DNA of 28,474 bases from a virus. Its lineage: Duplodnaviria > Caudoviricetes. Position numbers and translations under genes: made by a program. Below, piece by piece: positions 1 through 8,046 of this stretch (positions are counted from its first letter, which is position 1; each line of letters begins with the position of its first letter). The DNA lies in the IMG/VR virus record IMGVR_UViG_3300037350_000024, positions 1-28,474 of that record, one strand, 5' to 3'. The notes under the pieces were generated by a model that did not search any database, had not been told where the DNA came from, and saw nothing but the letters and a program-made list of their open reading frames with translations.

Positions 1-82
1 CCGGGTCCCCTGACTTAACCGTTGTAGGACACAAGGCGAAGCGCGGCGACGTCGGAGTACTGATGAAAATCTGGTTCTTCAT
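1..82 (-). CDS. 5' part of a probable capsid cement/head decoration protein (DUF2190-like); runs off the window
   Basis: ATG at 82 overlaps the stop of the protease gene (ATGA). Reads MKNQIFISTPTSPRFALCPTTVKSGDP; the MKN...V.SGD pattern and the position after protease/scaffold fit cement proteins. Confidence 0.45.
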   Translation of the reverse strand, partial: MKNQIFISTPTSPRFALCPTTVKSGDP

Positions 83-1719
83 GCGACCCTCCCGCGAGCA
101 GCGAACTTCGCCGCATCCGGCGACATGCCGATACTTTCGAAGATCCCGATTTCGTCTTCGTCTTCGGCTTTTCGCTGCGCTTCACGTGCGGCGATTTCCT
201 CGGGTTTGGGAGCGGGTTGCGCGACCATGCCGATGCCCATTCCGCGCACCTGCGCACCACCTGTCAGGGATGCGATGTACTCGCCTTCCGCCTTGGATTC
301 CGCAACAACCGCTTCACGCAGTTTGTTTACATCGAGTTCGCCGGCTTCGGTCAAAGGGACCGTGGCGCAAGCGCGCTCGATGATGCGGTTCTTGGCGATG
401 GCTGGGAGCGTGATAGTTTCCAGCAGCCGGGTAGCTTCCGCCCGCGCATCACCAGTGATGACGCGCTGCCGGAACGGTGCTACTGCTGCCTCGATAAGCT
501 TCTGTGTCTCTTCTGCCGTCATTCCGGCCTCCTGCTGTGGATTGGCAGCCTTGGCCGCCTCAGTCAAAATCATGCCCCCGGCCCCGGCGCGCGTCACCAC
601 GTCAACCGACTCTGCGGAGGTAAGCTCTTTCAGCACCGGGACGCCGTCCTGCTTCCGGTTGGCTTCGGCGATGCCAGAAGCCCTGATGCTCATACCGACG
701 TGAGGCGCTTTCTCCTCAACCATTTGGCCGTGGTCCGCGAACACCTTCATGCGCGCGTAGAGCCCTGGCCCCTTCGGGTGCGACTCGTGATACACGGCAT
801 CGGTGGTCAAGACGCCCGCGAGGTTCTTTACGTCGCCTTCTGGGCGCGCGGCTTCTTCGGCCATCGTCGGATGATTCACGTAAACGTGGGTGTTGGCTTT
901 GAAGACCTTCGGCCCGTCGCGCTGCAGCACTTCCTTGGGATAGAAGGCGCTGGAGCCCTTGCCTGGCGCGATCAGCTTGATTTCGTAATCGGCGCGCGCC
1001 TCTTTCAGGACGATTGCTTCGGTGGTGGCTGCTGATTCAACGAGCCGCATCCCAGCCGTCGCACCTTGCGCCGACTCCTTTGCCGAATCGCCGCCATCTT
1101 TCCACGCCTTCGGGAGTTTCGCGACAAACTCAGCCCCTTTTCGCTTGGCAATCGCAATGATACGCGCCTTGATTCCAGATGGCCCCATATTCCCAGGACC
1201 AGCGCGGCCGATGTTTGCGGCGGCAGCCGTTACATCTTCCGGCTTCAGAATAGGGAAAGACTTTCCTTTTCCAGCGAAATCGTCGCTACTGGCAGCATCT
1301 CGCTCTTTCTTGCCGATGAAGCGTTCATAGAGAGGGAGCGACGTGTACAAGGTCTCTGCTTTGAATGCCGATTCCATCGCGGCGTAGTGCTCTCCTTCTT
1401 CGGCTTCAGGCTCATACACAGTGCGCGGCACAACGTCTTCCGCGTTCTCAGTATCGATGCTGCACTTGGCCGCGCCCGCAGTATCCACGATGCTGTAAGA
1501 TGCCCGGCACGTATCACCGTCACAGCAGTAGATCACGTCGCCGCTCTCGCCGTCGCCAAAGTGGTCGATGTAATAGGCCCACTTCCCGGTACCGCGGTGA
1601 GCATCATTGATGGCGTCGGATAGGCGCGATCGGATATCGTTTGCGCTCAATGCATCGCCAGAATCCATTGCTTCTTGGAGTTGGAGAGCGAGTGCGGCAT
1701 ACCCGGCGCGGAGGATCAT
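79..1719 (-). CDS. Prohead (capsid maturation) protease/scaffold fusion, 546 aa
   Basis: IKLIAPGKGSSAFYP...VYVNHPT...VGMSIRA...SVDVVTRAGAGG is typical of phage maturation-protease domains. C-terminus is Ala/Glu-rich and helical (scaffold-like). It also has an SDDFAGKGKSFPI...IKARIIAIAKRKG module often fused to head proteins. Lies in the head module. Confidence 0.7.
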   Translation of the reverse strand: MILRAGYAALALQLQEAMDSGDALSANDIRSRLSDAINDAHRGTGKWAYYIDHFGDGESGDVIYCCDGDTCRASYSIVDTAGAAKCSIDTENAEDVVPRTVYEPEAEEGEHYAAMESAFKAETLYTSLPLYERFIGKKERDAASSDDFAGKGKSFPILKPEDVTAAAANIGRAGPGNMGPSGIKARIIAIAKRKGAEFVAKLPKAWKDGGDSAKESAQGATAGMRLVESAATTEAIVLKEARADYEIKLIAPGKGSSAFYPKEVLQRDGPKVFKANTHVYVNHPTMAEEAARPEGDVKNLAGVLTTDAVYHESHPKGPGLYARMKVFADHGQMVEEKAPHVGMSIRASGIAEANRKQDGVPVLKELTSAESVDVVTRAGAGGMILTEAAKAANPQQEAGMTAEETQKLIEAAVAPFRQRVITGDARAEATRLLETITLPAIAKNRIIERACATVPLTEAGELDVNKLREAVVAESKAEGEYIASLTGGAQVRGMGIGMVAQPAPKPEEIAAREAQRKAEDEDEIGIFESIGMSPDAAKFAARGRVA

Positions 1720-1728
1720 TTCACGCCG

Positions 1729-1758
1729 ATGGTAAGGGCAGAGAAATCATCAGGTCAA
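1729..1758 (-). promoter_or_regulatory. Sigma70-like promoter for head genes
   Basis: Minus strand TTGACC(1758-1753)-N18-TACCAT(1734-1729), 9 nt before the ATG at 1719. Confidence 0.55.
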
Positions 1759-1791
1759 CATTTGTGCGTATTATTCCAGTAGAATAATCCT

Positions 1792-2142
1792 GTGGCAACC
1801 ACAGAAGTTAGCGCCAAAATCTGCACGAAGTGCAATGACAGACCGGCCGCTGAGAAGCATCAGTGGTGCCGGGAATGCAAAGCCGAACATCAAAGAGGCT
1901 GGCGCGACAAGCGAGAAGAAATGGAAATCGCCAAGGCGTTCTGCGAGGGGGCTGAAGCGATGCGGCACTCGCTCGTGACGGCGTTCTTACGGCTCTCGGT
2001 AGGGTATATGTACGGTCGGGAGGTGGCGCGCTACATCGCGACGATGGATGCACCGCGGTACGGTGATCAGCCGACGCCCGCCCCAGGCCCTCAGCCGCTC
2101 CCAAATAAAACGGCCCCCGACGTTGCCGCCGAGAGCCGCTGA
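1792..2142 (+). CDS. Hypothetical Zn-finger-like protein, 116 aa (leaderless)
   Basis: CTKC...CREC pairs; TAGAAT at 1780-1785 lies 6 nt before the GTG; fills the gap between two minus-strand genes. Confidence 0.65.
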   Translation: MATTEVSAKICTKCNDRPAAEKHQWCRECKAEHQRGWRDKREEMEIAKAFCEGAEAMRHSLVTAFLRLSVGYMYGREVARYIATMDAPRYGDQPTPAPGPQPLPNKTAPDVAAESR

Positions 2143-2172
2143 CGCAGAACAGATTTTCGCGATTACTTGATG

Positions 2173-2418
2173 CTACTTTAGCACTCCCAGGCCCACCCAG
2201 ATATTCCGCCAGATCTTCTGCAAGTCCTCGTACTGCTGGACCAGCACAGCATCGAAGCGCTTGAGTAGAGCCGGGTCCATCGTGGCTCGCATCTCGGTAG
2301 CGTAGCTGAGCAGTGCCGCAAACACCGTCTCACCGGGAAGTGTCCCCGTGATCTTGATGTCGAGGCCCTGCCGGAGCGCGGCCAGTGGGTCGGGAGGGGC
2401 TACAGGCGTAGTGGCCAT
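2173..2418 (-). CDS. Hypothetical protein, 81 aa
   Basis: Starts 4 nt after the upstream stop; plausible helical composition. Confidence 0.65.
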   Translation of the reverse strand: MATTPVAPPDPLAALRQGLDIKITGTLPGETVFAALLSYATEMRATMDPALLKRFDAVLVQQYEDLQKIWRNIWVGLGVLK

Positions 2419-2422
2419 GGCG

Positions 2423-2926
2423 TTAGCTCAGTTGCAGCCACCAGCCAGTGCCGGGCGCGAAGCCGCTGAACTTCTCGTACGTGTGGCCATCCGGCGCGGT
2501 GTAGTGGGCGCCCGCGGGCGTGGTATCGTGCGGCCCTTGCTGGAACCAGCCGCCACCCAAAGCAACCCCGACGTCGGAAACTCCCTGCGGTTTGAGCGCG
2601 TTCAACTGGCCTTGGGTGAGGCTCTTGTCGGGGTGAACCGGGTCCGCGTCACACACCGGGGTCGTGCCGACCTGATAGAACACGAATCCTTCGTCGTTGG
2701 CTGGCGCGAGTTCGTAGGCCATCGGGACCTTCGGTGCTGGGCGGAAGTTCAGACCGCCCTCGACAGGGCTCATTTGGCCGCTGTCCACGTTGAGGTTGTA
2801 GTCGGCCATGGCTGCATGATACCGCGTGACCAGATCAGCATTGAGGGCTGCAACTTGCCGTTCGCTTCCTGCTTTGATTGCCGCTTGGACGTCGGCAAGA
2901 TTGGTAGGGTCTACTCCTGAGAACAT
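2423..2926 (-). CDS. Hypothetical protein, 167 aa
   Basis: Strong SD AAGGAG 6 nt before the ATG; fills the operon. Confidence 0.75.
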   Translation of the reverse strand: MFSGVDPTNLADVQAAIKAGSERQVAALNADLVTRYHAAMADYNLNVDSGQMSPVEGGLNFRPAPKVPMAYELAPANDEGFVFYQVGTTPVCDADPVHPDKSLTQGQLNALKPQGVSDVGVALGGGWFQQGPHDTTPAGAHYTAPDGHTYEKFSGFAPGTGWWLQLS

Positions 2927-2932
2927 TTGCTA

Positions 2933-3072
2933 CTCCTTATCTGGGGAACGGGAGGTTTACCGCCTCCCGAAAGCGTTGCGGTCTGCTGGCCGCCAAGGTC
3001 CTATCGGTTTGTCGCGGCGGGCAAGATGGAATCCAGCGCATCCTGTCCCGCCGCGCCTCCCCAGATAGGGAA
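2933..3072 (-). ncRNA. Candidate multi-branch structured leader RNA
   Basis: Closing stem 3058-3072 pairs with 2933-2947 and includes the SD. Inner stems are 3013-3021/3047-3055 and 2949-2955/2963-2969. It fills the whole intergenic gap. Confidence 0.5.
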
Positions 3073-3074
3073 GG

Positions 3075-3272
3075 TCACATGTCCATGTCGGGCTGGCACT
3101 CGCCGTAATTCCCGCACTGGTATTCAATGCTGCCATCCGGGTAGATGTACGCCTCGCAGACGATGCGATCCGAGAGCGCCCAGTGCCAGCCATAGCCGCA
3201 GGCCGTATCGGTTGCGTGTGAAGAATTGGCCGTTGCGCCAGCCAGCAGAATTACGAGAAGTGCGAGTTTCAT
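3075..3272 (-). CDS. Small secreted Cys-containing protein, 65 aa
   Basis: Signal peptide MKLALLVILLAGATA; four Cys in the mature part; SD AGGAG. Confidence 0.65.
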   Translation of the reverse strand: MKLALLVILLAGATANSSHATDTACGYGWHWALSDRIVCEAYIYPDGSIEYQCGNYGECQPDMDM

Positions 3273-3281
3273 CGAATGCTC

Positions 3282-3626
3282 CTATACCGTTGCCGAGTCG
3301 CTGCCGACGCCCGGATCACCCGGGGTCACGATGCTGATGTTGCCGACCGAAGGCGTACCATCGACCACGTGCGGCGGTGCGATCACAGTGAAGTCTTCCG
3401 TCTTGGTAGCCAGCGTGGTCCCGTCGTCGGTGGTATGCCCGTTGATTGTCACGCTGAACGCTCCCAAGGCCTTCGAGACAACGTGTAACAGGTTGCCGAC
3501 GAACTTGACGTAGCCTTTGCTGTAGTCAGTCGTGGCGGCAACGACGGCAGCAGGTCGCGGATTTCCGTTTCCGTCTTCGACAGTTACGGGGAAAGTGGCC
3601 TCCTGGCCGAGTTGAAGTGGTGTCAT
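3282..3626 (-). CDS. Ig-like beta-sandwich hypothetical protein, 114 aa (leaderless)
   Basis: Val/Thr-rich alternating pattern (FPVTVEDGNGNP, GAFSVTING); TGG-TACTTT 6 nt before the ATG. Confidence 0.65.
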   Translation of the reverse strand: MTPLQLGQEATFPVTVEDGNGNPRPAAVVAATTDYSKGYVKFVGNLLHVVSKALGAFSVTINGHTTDDGTTLATKTEDFTVIAPPHVVDGTPSVGNISIVTPGDPGVGSDSATV

Positions 3627-3647
3627 GTGACTAAAGTACCATGCGGT

Positions 3648-4565
3648 CTATTCGACACGCCATCCAATTAACGCAACATCCACGTTACTAGAATTGTTGT
3701 AGCCGCCGAAGCACACAGAAGTCGGTCCAGTCGTCATGAAGTTAGTGCGCGACTGGCTGTCAAACTGGCGAAAGTGGTACCCGTCAACGCTGAGGCTGAC
3801 GATGAGGTTCGTGCCGTCGTCGGCAATCCGCACGACAGATGGACTGAGCGCGGTCGGATACTGCAAAATATCGACTCCTGACACTTCCGTGTACGCTGCG
3901 CTGAAGCTTGTGGCTGTCGTCCATTTGTCGGTAACCACATGGGCGTTGCTGCCAGTTTGCCCCCATCGAATTGTGACGAACTTGGTTCCATCGGTCCAGC
4001 CAAGCCAGGGTCCAGACTCGTGGCCATTCCCCGTCAGCAGATACGCCGTGATGGTGTATGGCGTTGATGGCGCAGTGCGGCAGCGGCCGGAAAGCGCGGT
4101 GGCATTCGTCAGCGGGAAATCGCCTTCTGTGAAGCCGTTGGTTGTGTCGATAGTGCTCGATCCCTGGTTCACCCACGACCAGCCTGTCGTAGGCGGCGGT
4201 ATCAGGTTTCCCAACGAGCCGTAGTACGTGTAAGTGTTGCTGGCTCCGCAGACGGCGCTGATATACACAGAGTTGTTGATCATGTACATGTCGCCGGACG
4301 TGCAGGTCCCCGGAAGTGACGCGAAAGCCACAGGTAGATGAATCGTGCTGCCACCGCCGCCGCCACCACCTACCGCGGTCCACTTGTGCGTAGAAGGAGG
4401 GCAGGTGTAAATGATTCCTGTCGTCGGCATGTAGCCCGTCGTGCTCGAAGTGCAGGAGCCGCCCGGGCCGCCGGGCGGGGCGCCTTTCAGGATGGCCGGC
4501 GGCTGGGTCACGGGCTGCGCCATGGCAGCGCCAGCCAGCAACAGAGCCGCGATCAGAAGGCGCAT
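3648..4565 (-). CDS. Secreted or virion-surface protein with Gly linker and beta-rich (lectin/LamG-like?) C-terminal domain, 305 aa
   Basis: Signal-peptide-like N-terminus, Cys-paired small modules, GGGGGGGS linker, Thr/Ser/Trp-rich beta domain (VVRIADDGTNLIVSLSVDG). The fold is inferred. Confidence 0.7.
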   Translation of the reverse strand: MRLLIAALLLAGAAMAQPVTQPPAILKGAPPGGPGGSCTSSTTGYMPTTGIIYTCPPSTHKWTAVGGGGGGGSTIHLPVAFASLPGTCTSGDMYMINNSVYISAVCGASNTYTYYGSLGNLIPPPTTGWSWVNQGSSTIDTTNGFTEGDFPLTNATALSGRCRTAPSTPYTITAYLLTGNGHESGPWLGWTDGTKFVTIRWGQTGSNAHVVTDKWTTATSFSAAYTEVSGVDILQYPTALSPSVVRIADDGTNLIVSLSVDGYHFRQFDSQSRTNFMTTGPTSVCFGGYNNSSNVDVALIGWRVE

Positions 4566-4834
4566 AGCAGCCTCACAGTGTCCAGATTGCTGATGAAGTA
4601 GTAGATGGCCGTCAAGTCGTACTCTTCCATGGCTATGGCGATTGGCGGTTGGAACTGGCCAGCCTGCACCGCCACGGGGTAGCCGTTACCGACCGACGCT
4701 TCAGGACCGCCGATATTGACCGTCCCACCGCTTTCATTGAGGATCTGAAACCACTTGCACTTGTTGATCCCGACAGCCGACGCCAGCGTGTGCGTGGCAC
4801 CGTCGCCAGTGATCTGGAAACTAATCAGTTGCAT
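4553..4834 (-). CDS. Hypothetical protein, 93 aa (leaderless)
   Basis: Consensus TATAAT (4846-4841) 6 nt before the ATG; overlaps the next gene. Confidence 0.7.
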   Translation of the reverse strand: MQLISFQITGDGATHTLASAVGINKCKWFQILNESGGTVNIGGPEASVGNGYPVAVQAGQFQPPIAIAMEEYDLTAIYYFISNLDTVRLLCAF

Positions 4835-4966
4835 GCGCGCATTATAGCGGAATTCGTGAAAAAGGCTACAATGAAACCTTCCCGTTCATCGGGGAAGCAA
4901 GGAATAGTGGAAGGCGGCGGGGATTGCTGGCCGCTGAGCCCATTGACCAGGGAACCCCGCAACCAT

Positions 4967-5164
4967 ATGCCGAAATACGACAAACTCCCCGAGAAGTCCA
5001 TCCTGCGAAAGTGGGAGCGCACCCGCGACCTTGACCGCATCGCAATTCCGCTTATCCCACAGGTGGGGCTTGACTTGGCCTACCGCCGCGCTTTACAATC
5101 CGCGCCATGCAAAAGCGCCCCCCGCGCAGCCGTCGAAAAAGAGCAAGGCTCTCTCTTTCGATAG
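4967..5164 (+). CDS. Possible small hypothetical protein (MPKYDKLPEK...), 65 aa
   Basis: ATG at 4967 downstream of TACAAT (4867-4872) and two hairpins; overlaps the next promoter and ORF, so uncertain. Confidence 0.35.
   Translation: MPKYDKLPEKSILRKWERTRDLDRIAIPLIPQVGLDLAYRRALQSAPCKSAPRAAVEKEQGSLFR
5070..5099 (+). promoter_or_regulatory. Sigma70-like promoter for the inverted operon
   Basis: TTGACT(5070-5075)-N18-TACAAT(5094-5099), 7 nt before an ATG at 5107. Confidence 0.65.
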
Positions 5165-5283
5165 CGTGCTGCCCGGTCTGGGAGAAGATGCAAGCACCGC
5201 GCAAGCCGCTGTGGGACACGAGTTTCCCCTACCCGATGCGGCTCACTTGCGAACTGTGGAAGCAAGCTGCGATATACTTCTGA
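5107..5283 (+). CDS. Small basic hypothetical protein, 58 aa (not in the ORF track)
   Basis: MQKRPPRSRRKRARLSL...KQAAIYF*; leaderless geometry; stops 2 nt before the next ATG. Confidence 0.4.
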   Translation: MQKRPPRSRRKRARLSLSIACCPVWEKMQAPRKPLWDTSFPYPMRLTCELWKQAAIYF

Positions 5284-5285
5284 CC

Positions 5286-5528
5286 ATGAAGCGCCGTGCG
5301 TTCTTCGGGATGTTCCAAGTGCTCGCTATCCCGCCGCCGGCCGCCACCCCGCAGAAGTTCGCCGCGGCCAATCCGCCGCAGTGCCCGCTGTGCCACACGC
5401 CTGTTGCCACCGGGACGCCCGCATACCTCCCCGTCGTCCAGAACCTCGACGGCACGCAAGCCGCACTGCCGAATCTACGCGACATGTTCTGTACGCAGTG
5501 CGGGAACAGGTGGGTGACCAGTGCCTAA
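5286..5528 (+). CDS. Zn-ribbon protein with twin-arginine-like N-terminus, 80 aa
   Basis: MKRRAFF... start, CPLC and CTQC pairs; TATACT 7 nt upstream. Start shortened from the track's 5031. Confidence 0.6.
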   Translation: MKRRAFFGMFQVLAIPPPAATPQKFAAANPPQCPLCHTPVATGTPAYLPVVQNLDGTQAALPNLRDMFCTQCGNRWVTSA

Positions 5529-5928
5529 TTTTCGCGCAACAGCAACGGCCAAGATCGGGGACGCTTCCAGGATCATTGCCCGTATCGCCCCTCGTGTAAT
5601 TGCTGCGGTCGATGCGGCATCGGACCACGTGCTGGAGGTTTCAAAGCAGCTTTGTCCCGTGGACACTGGCGAGCTTGTTTCCAGCGGCGGGCGTATGACC
5701 GTGTGGCAGGGCAATAAGGTAACTGGCACCATCAGCTATACTGCAGACCACGCAGCCTATGTCGAGTTCGGGACAGGGCAGCGTGGCGCAGCATCCACTG
5801 GAGCGGGACCTTATCCCTACAACACGAACTGGAAAGGGATGGTGGCGCAGCCGTATCTGCGGCCTGCATTGGACGAATCGCGCGCGGCTATCGTTGACGC
5901 TTTCCGCGCACAGGGATTCAACGTCTAA
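5521..5928 (+). CDS. HK97 gp10-family tail-completion/head-tail protein
   Basis: CPVDTGEL..S, HAAYVEFGT, GMVAQPYLRPAL motifs. Confidence 0.85.
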   Translation: MPNFRATATAKIGDASRIIARIAPRVIAAVDAASDHVLEVSKQLCPVDTGELVSSGGRMTVWQGNKVTGTISYTADHAAYVEFGTGQRGAASTGAGPYPYNTNWKGMVAQPYLRPALDESRAAIVDAFRAQGFNV

Positions 5929-6761
5929 TCTTCTTCTGTCGCACCTTTTCGGAAGCTGATAGAGCAGTCGCAGCTTGGATGTGCTGGTGGCGTGTCGTCA
6001 CCGCTATCAAAGTCCTCATCGATATCGATCCAGCCCTGCTCGGCATTGGGTTGACAGATCTCTTCGCAGCCATTTCCATCGGTATCCCAAGACTTCTCAT
6101 CAAAGCCGGCCTCTTTGGCTATGCCCATACGTCCCTGGTTATAGGCATCGTTCATTTCGGTCTGGGCGATCATCTTGGCTCGCACGTCGGAGAAGTTCTC
6201 GAACGTATCCTTGATGGCTCCCACGATTGAATCGAAGCTGCCGCCTTTGTCCCACTCGTCAGCGACGGCGTTACGCAACCGTTCCAGTGAGGTTTCGTTA
6301 ATGTTGCCGGTCAGCTTCGTCAGAGAGTTATCGCGCATGTAGCGGCTTGCGAAATCGTCTCGCAGCGTGGAATCCGTCGCCAACTCACGCGCTGTGGTAA
6401 GGGCCGCGCCAGCTATAGCCTCACTGATAGCTCCCGCGTAATCGCGCGCCTCATCGTCCGAAACGGGCATCGTCAACGGGTGGAGTTTTGCTGGCAGCAA
6501 GGTAGTCGCGAATGTTCGACCAGGATCGGCTTTGGCTTCGCGGGCATTGACCATCATCAGGTGTGACAGCGTAGGCTTTATGGCCGCCAGCAGTTGCTTC
6601 TCCTGTCTTGCCCAGTAGGACCGAAGCACCCGCTCTACCGTGGCGCGTGCCGGCTTGAGAGTCTTGGCATGGCTGCGATGCCGTAAGCCTTTAGCTGGCT
6701 TGCGCGCCTCCAGCGCGGCAATGACGCCCTCGATGGCTGTGACTAAGGTCTGAGAATCCAT
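5925..6761 (-). CDS. Phage head morphogenesis protein (Mu gpF / SPP1 gp7 family)
   Basis: RAKMIAQTE..AYNQG, K.W, C...C, PPAHPSCDC motifs; follows the portal region. Confidence 0.9.
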   Translation of the reverse strand: MDSQTLVTAIEGVIAALEARKPAKGLRHRSHAKTLKPARATVERVLRSYWARQEKQLLAAIKPTLSHLMMVNAREAKADPGRTFATTLLPAKLHPLTMPVSDDEARDYAGAISEAIAGAALTTARELATDSTLRDDFASRYMRDNSLTKLTGNINETSLERLRNAVADEWDKGGSFDSIVGAIKDTFENFSDVRAKMIAQTEMNDAYNQGRMGIAKEAGFDEKSWDTDGNGCEEICQPNAEQGWIDIDEDFDSGDDTPPAHPSCDCSISFRKGATEED

Positions 6762-6822
6762 ACCAGTATCACGATCATGATAATCAGCAGCAGCGCGTCG
6801 GTGACCTGATCGCTATCAGGCT

Positions 6823-7005
6823 TCACCATATCATCACCACGGGGTGCGGCTCCCACCACTTGACGACGCCTGCAATCACGCGCGGCTTCCACTCGCAGCC
6901 GCAGTCGGGGCACTCCCACGTGTCGGCGGCGTCCAGCAGGCCAGAGAGCGCAGCCGCGTTCAGGTGCGGACTACAGCATTCATCATCCAAATGGGCCTGC
7001 ATCAT
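6823..7005 (-). CDS. Small Zn-ribbon-like protein, ~60 aa
   Basis: WECPDCGCEW motif; lies within a chain of small genes. Confidence 0.55.
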   Translation of the reverse strand: MMQAHLDDECCSPHLNAAALSGLLDAADTWECPDCGCEWKPRVIAGVVKWWEPHPVVMIW

Positions 7006-7144
7006 CCAAAAACTCCTCCGCTGACATCGTCATTGTTCCGATTTGCTGTCCATTTACAAGCAAGGGAATAAAAGCGATAAAGTCATCGCATCCAAAGAAG
7101 ACAATCTCAGGCTCTCCGCACTCCACTTCAAGCTCTTTTGACAT
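6983..7144 (-). CDS. Small acidic hypothetical protein, 53 aa
   Basis: ATG at 7144, 1 nt after the upstream stop (MSKELEVEC...). Confidence 0.5.
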   Translation of the reverse strand: MSKELEVECGEPEIVFFGCDDFIAFIPLLVNGQQIGTMTMSAEEFLDDAGPFG

Positions 7145-7145
7145 G

Positions 7146-7484
7146 TCACTTTTCCTCGACGCTGCTGCGCTCCCACTTCTTCCAGCCGCCATTGGGAAAC
7201 CAGTCTCCTTCAGGAGATTTGCGCTTCACGAAAAGCGTTCCGCCTTTTTTATGCTGCCCAAAGTCCAGCTTGGCATAGAAGTCCATGCATGCCATTTCAT
7301 AATAATCATTGTCTTCGATGGTGCGTGTTCGGAAGCGGACGTTTGCCGACTGACACATTCCGCATATTGAATCCGCATCGAAAACGTCCTGAAGCTGCGA
7401 TATTCCTCGAAATAGATCTTTGACAGTTTCGCCTTGGATCTCAAAGACGAGACGACCATCACGAGTTTTGTAATGCGCTTTCAT
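7146..7484 (-). CDS. Phage hypothetical protein with Zn-ribbon-like motif, 112 aa
   Basis: CGMC...YYEMAC..., AKLDFGQHKKGGTLFVKRK, GGWKKW; ATGA-coupled to the lysin gene. Confidence 0.7.
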   Translation of the reverse strand: MKAHYKTRDGRLVFEIQGETVKDLFRGISQLQDVFDADSICGMCQSANVRFRTRTIEDNDYYEMACMDFYAKLDFGQHKKGGTLFVKRKSPEGDWFPNGGWKKWERSSVEEK

Positions 7485-7813
7485 CCGCCCACCAGTTCAT
7501 CGGGCCCGAAGCCTGTCAGCGTGCAGACCAGTTGCAGATAGCTGAAGGTGTTGTTGTTGTCGGCGGCGGGGGCGTACTTGTTGAGGAACGCTCGCAAGGT
7601 CAGCCCCGCGTTCGCCTGGATATCAGTGAGCAGTGCAGTATACCCGTCCAACGCCGTTGGGAAATGCGCGAAGCCGCCCATCGTTGGCACCTGACCCCAG
7701 TTACGAATATTCCCAGGATTGTTATTGTGTCGAGCCAAGGAATTGGATGCAAACCAGCCCTCCTCTTGCATCATGGCGGATGCGATCAACGAAGTTCGCG
7801 CGCTGAATGTCAT
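7481..7813 (-). CDS. Small lysozyme-like endolysin (NNPGNI family)
   Basis: QEEG, RHNNNPGNIR, GFAHFPT..DG..AL, LNKYAP..DNN motifs; directly follows the holin-like gene. Confidence 0.7.
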   Translation of the reverse strand: MTFSARTSLIASAMMQEEGWFASNSLARHNNNPGNIRNWGQVPTMGGFAHFPTALDGYTALLTDIQANAGLTLRAFLNKYAPAADNNNTFSYLQLVCTLTGFGPDELVGG

Positions 7814-8046
7814 TAGGCCCCCGCTGCTTTGGTTTTGGCGTCTGCTTCGAGTGTTGACTTCTGAACCTCATCTGCTGTCGGCTGCGTGCTGGCGTCCTTA
7901 CCCATGATGCCGATCGCCGCGAAGCCACCAACCATAACGTACTTGGCGATGTCCACGATCAACGGGTGGAACCACTGAGGCGAAAACGTCACGAATCCAG
8001 CGACGATGCCGACCACCGCCGCAGTTGTTGTCTTCCAGTTTTTCAT
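7813..8046 (-). CDS. Putative holin, 77 aa
   Basis: MKNWKTT start, two hydrophobic segments, GKD motif, charged tail; coupled to the lysin gene. Confidence 0.65.
   Translation of the reverse strand: MKNWKTTTAAVVGIVAGFVTFSPQWFHPLIVDIAKYVMVGGFAAIGIMGKDASTQPTADEVQKSTLEADAKTKAAGA

Noticed and set aside
125-1623. Long plus-strand ORFs opposite the protease gene (similar ones lie opposite portal, the GTs, terL and bet)
   Set aside because: Shadow frames of GC-rich coding DNA with no recognisable motifs or start signals.
2957-3193. 78-aa ORF across the structured intergenic region
   Set aside because: Overlaps the better-supported 3075..3272 gene; the region is better explained as structured RNA.
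6743-6826. 27-aa hydrophobic mini-ORF (MKPDSDQVTDALLLIIMIVILVWILRP)
   Set aside because: Plausible through its GTGA coupling, but very short and overlapping the gpF start by 19 nt; not enough support.
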